From NCBI GenBank assembly GCA_036845785.1, contig DAIUDF010000004.1:1-45192 (forward strand): a stretch of DNA of 45,192 bases, in the 5' to 3' direction. The notes under the pieces are model-generated. The model saw only the letters and a program-made list of their open reading frames with translations. It had not been told where the DNA came from and did not search any database. A program made the translations under genes and the position numbers. This document shows positions 37,462 through 45,192 of this stretch, one piece after another; positions within the stretch are counted from its first letter, which is position 1; the number at the start of each line of letters is the position of its first letter. This DNA comes from Candidatus Moraniibacteriota bacterium (GTDB lineage: Bacteria; Patescibacteriota; Minisyncoccia; Moranbacterales; GWC2-37-73).

Positions 37462-38964
37462 TTAGTTGATATTTTGGATGGAAATATTTTTTTTAGTTTC
37501 CCGCCGGATATGGGATTTGGCTATGGAGGTTTTCACGAATTTGAGCCAATCCGGATTCGGGCCTTTGCGGTCTTTAGAAGTCAGAATTTCTAAAACATCT
37601 CCGTTTTTAATGCGATAATCTAGAGGCACCATATTGCCGCCGACTTTGGCGCCGGTAGCATGATTGCCGATTTCTCCGTGAATGGCGTAGGCGAAATCAA
37701 TCGGGGTGGCATCTTCCGGAAGATCGATAATATCGCCCATGGGCGTAAAAGCAAAGATATGATTTTTGAAGAAATCAATCTTCAGCCCTTGCATGAACTC
37801 TTCATCATCCAAGCCTATTTCATTTTGCCATTGGCGCAGTTGTTTGACCCACACTATGTCGTTTTCCGGAATGGGCTGTTTTTTTCTGAAAATATAATCT
37901 TTCCAATTTTTCTTAGTTTTACTTTCACTATAAATCCAATGAGCAGCAATGCCGAACTCCGCTTCATTATGCATTTTTTGAGTGCGGATCTGAATTTCGA
38001 TTATTTTTCCATCCGGACCGAAAACCGTGGTATGGATTGACTGATATCCGTTAGGCTTTGGCAGGGAAATATAGTCCTTGATTCTGCCGATCATGGGTCG
38101 GTATTTTTTATGCACAATGCCCAGAACTTCATAACAGTCAGCCACCTCGGGAACAATAATGCGGACTGCCGCTAAATCATGAATTTTATTGATATTCATG
38201 TCATATTCCTTGAGTTTCAGGAAAAGGCTGTAGAGACTTTTGGCCCGGCCGTCAATATTGATTATAGAGATGCCTTCTTTTTTTATTTCTTCGCCCAGTT
38301 CTTTTATCGCCTGCTTCACGTAGACTTCCTTATTTTTATAATTTATTTCTTCCAGTTCCTTCACTTTGTCAAAATTTACCCTGTCCAAATATTTGAAAGC
38401 AATGTCTTGGAGCTGGCTTTTTATTTCTCCCATGCCCAGCCGGTTGGCGATTGGCGCAAAAATTTCCATAGCTTCGCGCGCTATGCGGATCTGTTTTTCC
38501 GGCGGTTTATATTCAAGTGTCTGCATATTATGCAAACGGTCGGCCAATTTAATTATGATGACGCGGATGTCAGCTGCCATGGCCATGAACATTTTGCGTA
38601 AATTTTCCAAAAAATATTCTTCATGCGATCCGCGCAGCTTTATTCTTCCCAATTTTGTCACTCCATCAACTATGCAGGCTATTTCTTTGCCGAATTTTTT
38701 TTCAATTTCTTCCAGGGAAGTTGGCGTGTCTTCCGCCACGTCATGAAGAAGCCCGGCCGAAATAGTTTTCGAACGCATGCCCATTTGGGCGAGTATCCTG
38801 GCCACGGCTATCGGATGCTGGATATAATCTTCGCCACTGTCGCGTTTTTGTCCGGCATGCGCTTTTGTAGCAAAATCATACGCCTCAGTGATAAGCTTAA
38901 TGCGCTCAGTTGTAGGGATTTTGAGTTCGCTTAGAATATCTTTTAATTCTAATTTTTTAGCCAT
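37462..38964 (-). CDS. RelA/SpoT (p)ppGpp hydrolase/synthetase (HD-SYNTH-TGS, no ACT domain)
   Basis: HAGQKRDSG, LHDVAED, KLADRLHNM, PKPNGYQSIHT, TPIDFAYAIH. Confidence 0.95.
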   Translation of the reverse strand: MAKKLELKDILSELKIPTTERIKLITEAYDFATKAHAGQKRDSGEDYIQHPIAVARILAQMGMRSKTISAGLLHDVAEDTPTSLEEIEKKFGKEIACIVDGVTKLGRIKLRGSHEEYFLENLRKMFMAMAADIRVIIIKLADRLHNMQTLEYKPPEKQIRIAREAMEIFAPIANRLGMGEIKSQLQDIAFKYLDRVNFDKVKELEEINYKNKEVYVKQAIKELGEEIKKEGISIINIDGRAKSLYSLFLKLKEYDMNINKIHDLAAVRIIVPEVADCYEVLGIVHKKYRPMIGRIKDYISLPKPNGYQSIHTTVFGPDGKIIEIQIRTQKMHNEAEFGIAAHWIYSESKTKKNWKDYIFRKKQPIPENDIVWVKQLRQWQNEIGLDDEEFMQGLKIDFFKNHIFAFTPMGDIIDLPEDATPIDFAYAIHGEIGNHATGAKVGGNMVPLDYRIKNGDVLEILTSKDRKGPNPDWLKFVKTSIAKSHIRRETKKNISIQNIN

Positions 38965-39036
38965 ATATTTATTAAAAACAAAAACGCAATCATATTTTTA
39001 AGTATAAGCAAGAAATTGTTTGAAAGCAATCAGCTT

Positions 39037-42000
39037 TTAACATAACTCCACTTTGCCATCCGGATTTATTGTTTTTATGTTTTTCAAAATTGACTGGTCG
39101 CTTCCAATGGAAAAAGGAGTTTCGAGCTTGTTGGTTTGGTGATGGAGAAAAACTTTACATTTTCCACGTGGGCAAGATCTGAAAAGTTCGGAAAGTTTGT
39201 GGATTATTTCCGGTTTAGCATCATCAGGCAGAGTAATTATCAGTTTTTGATTTGTAGTTTTTGGTTTGTAACTATCGCTGTGGTTTTCTTCGTGTGCGGA
39301 TTCGTTTTTTTGATGTTTGGACTTCGTTGCTTCGATGCGGAGATGATTTTCCATTTCACTTTGATTAATTTCTTTAGCTTCATCGACAATCAGTTTATAT
39401 TCTCCGTCTTTGTCTGAAAGGCGGCCGGTGGCCAGGATGACTTTTTCTTCTTCCCAAAGGCTGGCAATCCTTTCCAGGACTTTTGGAAAGACGAGCAATT
39501 CAATGGATCCTTTAACATCGGCCAGAACTATAAAATACATAGTCTGCTGATTTTTTGTCAGTATTTTGTGAATTTTTAAAATTACTCCGCCAACGGAAAT
39601 TTTTTGTCCGACCAATTCTTTTGATAGCTTATCCAGCGGCAAAGCGACTTTTTCAATGTAGCTTTGATATTCAAGGGCGGGATGGCCGCTGACGTAAAGG
39701 CCCAGGAGCTCTTTTTCCCAATTTAATTTTTGTTTTCTGCTAGCCGGGGCGGAATCCAGTAGCTGGACATCAGGAGTTTCCAAAATATTTTCACCGAAAA
39801 GGCTTTCCTGATTGGAGTTTTTCATTTTTTGAACGTTTTTAGTGAAAGTCAGAATATTTTCCATGCTTTCGATTATCTGATTTCTCTCTCCCAATTCATC
39901 CAGAGCCCCGACTTTTGCCAACGCCTCGATGGATTTTTTATTCAGATCTTTCGTTTGGACTCTTTCCAAAAAATCACCAAGAGATTTGAATTTGCCATTT
40001 CTTTTCCGTTCCTCCACGATTTCATGGGCAACGACATGCCCGACATTTTTGATAGCATTGAATCCAAAGCGAATTCTCTCAACACCATGTTCATCAACAA
40101 TCACAGCAAAATCTTCAAAACTTTCATTGACGTTGGGGGCCAAAACTTCAATGCCCATCTCGCGGCATTCGGCGGCTTCGATAGCGATGCGGTCGATATT
40201 ATCCTGATCGGAAGTCAAAAGCGCAGCCATGAATTCAGCGGGAAAGTGAGCCTTGAGATAAGCGGTTTGGTAACCGATGAGAGCATAACAAGCTGCATGC
40301 GAACGATTGAATCCATATCCGGCAAAAGGTTCGATAAAGGAAAAAACTCTTTCTCCGATTTCGCTACTGATATTGTTTTTCACACAACCTTCAATAAACT
40401 TTATCTTCTGCTCCTTAATGAGTTCGAATATTTTTTTGCCCATGGCTTTCCTAAGCACATCGGCTTCACCCATTGAAAACCCGGCCAAGTCTCTGGCAAT
40501 TTGCATCACTTGTTCCTGATAGACTGCTACGCCATAAGTATTTTTTAGGATAGGTTCCAGTTTTGGATGGATGTAGCTGACTTTGCGGCCATGTTTTCCG
40601 GAAATAAAATCAGGAATCCAATCCATCGGTCCGGGACGATAGAGGGCAACCATGGCAATGATATCTTCAAAAACAGTCGGTTTTAATAATTTCAAATATC
40701 TTTTCATACCGCTGCTTTCCAATTGGAATACTCCGGTTGTGCGGGCTTGTTGCAGAAGTTCGAAAGTTTCTTTGTTATCCAGAGGAATAGTATCAATGTC
40801 AATGTCAATTTTTCTGGTTTTGCGGACAATGCGCAAAGTGTTTTGGATGATGGTGAGGTTTTTTAGTCCCAAAAAGTCCATTTTAAGCAGGCCGATTTTT
40901 TCCACGTAGCTGGATTTGGTTGAAGATGAATATTGGGTTACCGTACCTTCTCGCGTACCTACGATATTTTGAATCGGAGAATATTCAGTAACCGGTTTTT
41001 TGGTAATCACAACGCCGCAAGCATGCATGCCGGCGTGCCTGACCACGCCTTCCAAACGCATGGCGTTATCAATTAATTTCTTGGCATCAGCGCCGGAATT
41101 ATAATGGGCTTTAAATTCCGGCACTTCCTCAAGTGCTTTTTTGATGGAAGTGAACATCGGAATCATCTTGGATGTTTTGTCGCAAAATTCATAGGGAAAA
41201 CCCAGAGCTCTTCCGGTATCGCGGATGGCGGCGCGGGCAGCCATGGTTCCAAAAGTGATGATTTGTGAGACATGATCATCGCCATATTTTTGGCGGACAT
41301 ATTCCAAAACCTTGTCGCGCTTGTCATCGGCAAAATCCATGTCGACATCGGGCATGGAAACACGATCTGGATTCAGAAATCTTTCAAACAGAAGATTATA
41401 TTCAATCGGATCAATATTAGTGATGCCAGTCAAATAGGAAACGAAACTGCCGGCGGCGCTGCCTCTTCCTGGGCCAACCACAATATTATTTTCCTTAGCC
41501 CAATTGACGAAATCTTGGACGATCAAAAAGTAAGAAGCATAACCGGTCTTTTCAATGATAGAAAGCTCATATTCCATCCGGTCGCGATGTTTTTGCTCGA
41601 TGTTGCCATTAAATCTTTTTTTCAAGCCTTCTTCGCAAAGATGGCGGAGATAACTCATGGCCGTGTAGCCTTCCGGAACATCAAAATGAGGGAGTTGCGT
41701 TTCGCCGAGTTTCAATTGAAAATCGCATTGATCAACAACCAGTTGAGTGTTGGTGACAACTTCCGGATGATCGGGAAAAGCCGCCGCCACTTCTTCTGGT
41801 GAGCGGAGCGACAGATCAAAATCCAAAAGATTCATGCGGTCTTTTTCCTGAACTTTGCGGTTGGTTTGCACGCAGAGCAAAATGTCCTGCGCGTCCGCGT
41901 CGGCCTTATTAACATAGTGGACATCGCAAGTGGCAACCACCGGAATATTTAATTCTTGCGACAGTTTGAAAATTCCATCATTGGCGATTTTCTGGTTGGC

Positions 42001-42543
42001 AAAACGCGGATGGCTTTGCACTTCCAGAAAAAAAGAATTCGGTTCAAAAATATCTTTGTATTCCAGGGCCAGTTCTTTGGCTTTGTCATAGTTGCTCATG
42101 ATGATTTGCGCTGGAATTTCGCCTTCAGCGCAAGCGGAAAGGCCGACAAGACCTTTAGAATATTGGCGCAGCAATTCACGATTGATGCGCGGCTTGTAAT
42201 AGAACCCGTCAAGATGAGCGATGGAAACCAATTTCATTAGATTGTGATAACCTTCCTCATTTTTGACCAATAATATCAAATGGTAGCGTTTGCGATTTTC
42301 CGCGGTTGATTCCTTGGATTTGTAATCTCCCGGAGTCACATACATTTCGCAGCCGATGATGGGTTTCATGCCTTTTTCCTTGGCTTTGATGAAAAGCTCC
42401 ACTGCGCCGTACATCACGCCATGATCAGTGAGAGCAATCGAGTCCATGCTCAGTTCCTTGGCGCGATCTAAAAGATCGTCGATCTTGCCGAGACCATCTA
42501 ATAGTGAATAATGACTATGGACATGTAAATGGGTATACTTCAT
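39037..42543 (-). CDS. dnaE: DNA polymerase III alpha subunit
   Basis: HLHVHSHYSLLDG, GRGSAAGS, SMPDVDMDF, KMDFLGL, GYGFNRSH. Confidence 0.98.
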   Translation of the reverse strand: MKYTHLHVHSHYSLLDGLGKIDDLLDRAKELSMDSIALTDHGVMYGAVELFIKAKEKGMKPIIGCEMYVTPGDYKSKESTAENRKRYHLILLVKNEEGYHNLMKLVSIAHLDGFYYKPRINRELLRQYSKGLVGLSACAEGEIPAQIIMSNYDKAKELALEYKDIFEPNSFFLEVQSHPRFANQKIANDGIFKLSQELNIPVVATCDVHYVNKADADAQDILLCVQTNRKVQEKDRMNLLDFDLSLRSPEEVAAAFPDHPEVVTNTQLVVDQCDFQLKLGETQLPHFDVPEGYTAMSYLRHLCEEGLKKRFNGNIEQKHRDRMEYELSIIEKTGYASYFLIVQDFVNWAKENNIVVGPGRGSAAGSFVSYLTGITNIDPIEYNLLFERFLNPDRVSMPDVDMDFADDKRDKVLEYVRQKYGDDHVSQIITFGTMAARAAIRDTGRALGFPYEFCDKTSKMIPMFTSIKKALEEVPEFKAHYNSGADAKKLIDNAMRLEGVVRHAGMHACGVVITKKPVTEYSPIQNIVGTREGTVTQYSSSTKSSYVEKIGLLKMDFLGLKNLTIIQNTLRIVRKTRKIDIDIDTIPLDNKETFELLQQARTTGVFQLESSGMKRYLKLLKPTVFEDIIAMVALYRPGPMDWIPDFISGKHGRKVSYIHPKLEPILKNTYGVAVYQEQVMQIARDLAGFSMGEADVLRKAMGKKIFELIKEQKIKFIEGCVKNNISSEIGERVFSFIEPFAGYGFNRSHAACYALIGYQTAYLKAHFPAEFMAALLTSDQDNIDRIAIEAAECREMGIEVLAPNVNESFEDFAVIVDEHGVERIRFGFNAIKNVGHVVAHEIVEERKRNGKFKSLGDFLERVQTKDLNKKSIEALAKVGALDELGERNQIIESMENILTFTKNVQKMKNSNQESLFGENILETPDVQLLDSAPASRKQKLNWEKELLGLYVSGHPALEYQSYIEKVALPLDKLSKELVGQKISVGGVILKIHKILTKNQQTMYFIVLADVKGSIELLVFPKVLERIASLWEEEKVILATGRLSDKDGEYKLIVDEAKEINQSEMENHLRIEATKSKHQKNESAHEENHSDSYKPKTTNQKLIITLPDDAKPEIIHKLSELFRSCPRGKCKVFLHHQTNKLETPFSIGSDQSILKNIKTINPDGKVELC

Positions 42544-42545
42544 AG

Positions 42546-42648
42546 AAATTTTTAATTTCCAATTTTTAATTTTTAAATAAATCTTAATTTTTTAATGTTT
42601 AAAGCATTTAAGCATTAGAAATTATTTTAAAAATTATAAAATTTAAAA
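42546..42648. repeat. AATTTTT-type inverted oligomer repeat upstream of dnaE
   Basis: Runs of AATTTTT/AATTTCC mirrored by AAAATT runs. Confidence 0.6.
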
Positions 42649-42870
42649 GCCTCTACCAAAACAGCAAGGCTTAAAATTAAAAGCTATTAAAATTTGAGCA
42701 TCTGATCGCAACATATTTTTGTTTATCTTCATCTCCCGGGGACTGGCCGCTGGGTTTTGCAAGATAAGTTTTACTAAAGACAGTATAGCACAGGTTTGAA
42801 ATAAAAAAAGCCCTTTTTAATAATTCTGTTAAAAAGGGCTTAGGTCGAGGATTGTAAATCAAAAGAACAA

Positions 42871-43053
42871 TTAAAAGAGGGAGAGGTTTGTTTGGTTGTT
42901 TTTTCTTTCTTTCTCTTCATTTTTTTCCATGCTCATCTGGTTGATTTTTTGAAATTCTTCAAACGCATTTCTGCTTATCGTATCTCCGCAAATTTTGCAG
43001 ACATACATGCCGTCTTTTTCTTCATAAAAACAGTCTCCGCATGTGGTCGGCAT
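42871..43053 (-). CDS. Small zinc-ribbon protein
   Basis: MPTTCGDC...VCKICG. SD AAAGGAG before ATG at 43053. Terminator hairpin at 42806-42840. Confidence 0.75.
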   Translation of the reverse strand: MPTTCGDCFYEEKDGMYVCKICGDTISRNAFEEFQKINQMSMEKNEEKERKNNQTNLSLF

Positions 43054-43279
43054 ATTTATATCTCCTTTCTTTTTGTATTCGAATTTATTTTTAAGAACAA
43101 CTTTTGCCAAAAGAGTATAATAAAATTATAACAAAGTCAACCTGGCCCTGTTTGTAAAAATTAAAAATATTTTGTCGGAATCGGTCTTTCAATAAATACA
43201 ATGTGATATAATAACTATAATAAACAAAATAATAATTAGCGGCATAATAAAATTCCAGGCGATTTAATTAAAAAATAAA

Positions 43280-44065
43280 ATGCATTCATTCATACCGCAT
43301 AAAAATAATCCTCACACATTTCGCAAAACCTTTTTCGTGGTGCTTGTTGTTTGTGTTTCTGGCGGACTTGCCTATTTTATAGAAAAATATCCGCAAAAAA
43401 AGGAAATTGAAATACCAAGCGGACAAGTTCAAAATCAAATTGTTGAAAATGAAGAAGTTTTAGCAGTAACCGAAACTGAACAAGCTGAAATTGCAGAAAC
43501 AGAAGACAAGAAACAAACTGAAGAAACAGCAGAAGAAAATATAACAGAAGAAAAAAAAGAAGAAAATACGGGAGGAGAAAATGACATTGCTTTAAAACTG
43601 ACAGCTAAGCCACTAACTTCTTCCGAACGCAACAAAAATCCTGCAACGCGCCTTCAAGAAGCTATGGTTTATGCGCAGCCGCAAATTCTGACAGGTAAAT
43701 ATATCGATGTCAGTCTGGCTTATCAAAACATAGTTATTTTTGAAAATGGAAAACCCCTGAAAGCCTTCCTGATTTCTTCCGGCGTAAGAGGTCTGTATAC
43801 CCCGATAGGAACATTTAAGATTGAAAACAAGCATCCGCGGGCCTGGTCAAAAAATTATGGGTTGTGGATGCCATATTGGATGGCATTTTTGCCGTCGGGG
43901 GAGATGGGAATCCATGAACTTCCGGAATGGCCCGGCGGATATAAAGAAGGAGCTAATCATTTAGGCACGCCGGCTTCGCACGGATGTATAAGGCTGGGAA
44001 TGGGTTCAGCCAAAGAGCTTTATGACTGGGCGGAAATCGGCACGCCGGTTGTCATCCATAAGTAA
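43280..44065 (+). CDS. L,D-transpeptidase (YkuD family)
   Basis: ISSG...TPIG...GIHE...SHGCIRL...GTPVVIH. N-terminal TM and acidic linker. Confidence 0.92.
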   Translation: MHSFIPHKNNPHTFRKTFFVVLVVCVSGGLAYFIEKYPQKKEIEIPSGQVQNQIVENEEVLAVTETEQAEIAETEDKKQTEETAEENITEEKKEENTGGENDIALKLTAKPLTSSERNKNPATRLQEAMVYAQPQILTGKYIDVSLAYQNIVIFENGKPLKAFLISSGVRGLYTPIGTFKIENKHPRAWSKNYGLWMPYWMAFLPSGEMGIHELPEWPGGYKEGANHLGTPASHGCIRLGMGSAKELYDWAEIGTPVVIHK

Positions 44066-44177
44066 CTTGTGGCGCAATAATGTTAAATAATTATAATTTC
44101 CAAACAAAAACAATAAAAGATGCTATTAAAAATCACTCCAAATATCAATAGTGATTTTTTTATGATATAATTTATTC

Positions 44178-45192
44178 ATGAATGAACGCACTAAAATATT
44201 TTTATATTATGCATATAAAATCGGCTTGTATGTTTTTGCCATAATCGGATTTGTTTTAGTGGCTGGTTTTTTTGCTGTACGCTGGCATTTGACTGATGTC
44301 CAAGGAACAGTCGATGCCAACAATATCCGTTTTCAGGAAACACAAGCTAAAGTTTTGGGAGTAGAAAATTCAAATAATCTGGAAAATGAAACTTCGCTTG
44401 ATAAATTAAATTCGCAAATTGAAAAACTTTCCCAAAAAAAAGAATTAAAAACAAAAAATTATTGTCTGCTTGATGCAATCGGACAATATTCTCCGCAAAC
44501 GTCAGCCAGAATAATTCAGATATACCAGCAGACTGATTCAGATGCGCTGATTGCCAAAATGATTCTGGCAGCGAGAATCAGGATTGAAGAAAAAAACGGG
44601 AATTCGTCATTTGCTGATTGCGATCAAGCTTCTCTAAAAGTCGATGATGCCGGAATTACCCAAAAATATGCAGGAATTCAAGGCAAAACATTATTTCCTT
44701 GGATGGATAATGAAGAGTGGGAAACAATCAAGCAGGCAATCGTAAAAGATAAAGACCTTATAGAAAAAGCAGCCAGCATTGCGGGAATAGAATCAAGACT
44801 TCTTGTTTCCTGTGCAATTGTTGAACAAGTGCGCCTTTTTAATTCAGACAGGGAACTTTTTAAGAAATTTTTCGAGCCGCTGAAAATTCTCAGCAATGCT
44901 AATAAAATATCACTGGGAATCATTGGGGTTAAAGAAGAAACGGCAATTCAAATCGAAAATCACCTAAAAGATCAAAACTCACCCTACTATTTAGGTTTTG
45001 ATTTGGAAAATGTTTTAGATTATGAAGAGGAAAATGGAAGCGCCGAAAGATATAATCGTCTGACAGAAAATACACATTTTTACTCTTATCTTTACGGTTC
45101 TATATATTTAAAACAGATACTTTCTCAATGGGAAAAAGCCGGATATAGCATTAAATTTCGTCCGGAGATAGCCGGTACGCTTTTTAATGTTG
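44178..45192 (+). CDS. Membrane-anchored hypothetical protein, possible lysozyme-like C-terminal domain (runs off the window)
   Basis: Open from ATG 44178 (MNERTKIFLYYAYKIGLYVFAIIGFVLVAGFF...) to the window end. Contains LLVSCAIVEQVR...SLGIIGVK. Confidence 0.75.
   Translation, partial: MNERTKIFLYYAYKIGLYVFAIIGFVLVAGFFAVRWHLTDVQGTVDANNIRFQETQAKVLGVENSNNLENETSLDKLNSQIEKLSQKKELKTKNYCLLDAIGQYSPQTSARIIQIYQQTDSDALIAKMILAARIRIEEKNGNSSFADCDQASLKVDDAGITQKYAGIQGKTLFPWMDNEEWETIKQAIVKDKDLIEKAASIAGIESRLLVSCAIVEQVRLFNSDRELFKKFFEPLKILSNANKISLGIIGVKEETAIQIENHLKDQNSPYYLGFDLENVLDYEEENGSAERYNRLTENTHFYSYLYGSIYLKQILSQWEKAGYSIKFRPEIAGTLFNV

Noticed and set aside
42735-42755. Similarity of GCGGCCAGTCCCC to the 5' part of E. 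coli 6S RNA
   Set aside because: Short match only; no ~180 nt rod with a central bubble can be folded.
42677-42862. 61-aa minus-strand ORF upstream of dnaE
   Set aside because: Spans a terminator, a promoter and leader hairpins; no coding signal.
44061-44088. dif-like site (TAATGTTAAAT resembles the XerD arm)
   Set aside because: The XerC arm at the required 6-nt spacing does not match.

Overview
Chromosomal window that looks like a Patescibacteria/CPR (Parcubacteria-like) genome. This is inferred from compact housekeeping genes, AT-rich starts mostly without Shine-Dalgarno (SD) sites, and many ORFans. Core genes: MacAB-type ABC exporter, rarA, dus, obgE, metG, tatD, a complete F1Fo ATP synthase operon, tRNA-Leu(CAA), parAB, rel/spoT, dnaE, and several cell-wall enzymes. 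Bases 1-~6100 are an accessory region ending in copies of a tRNA-Asn-type 3' end. Non-standard signals: (1) a ~115-120 bp element found twice that shares one RNA-like core (59/66 nt identical by eye) but whose flanks match two different tRNAs, as an inverted T-loop copy on one side and a direct copy of the tRNA 3' end on the other; (2) two orphan structured RNA candidates with positioned promoters and terminators (471-650 +, 24272-23970 -); (3) palindromic elements inserted in frame inside dus, atpG and atpA; (4) an atp operon with repeats in most intergenic gaps and two antisense, self-promoted cargo genes next to a ~290 bp dispersed repeat; (5) a transglutaminase-like protein carrying an inserted SecD-head-like domain. 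All assignments come from reading motifs by eye; no database searches were run.
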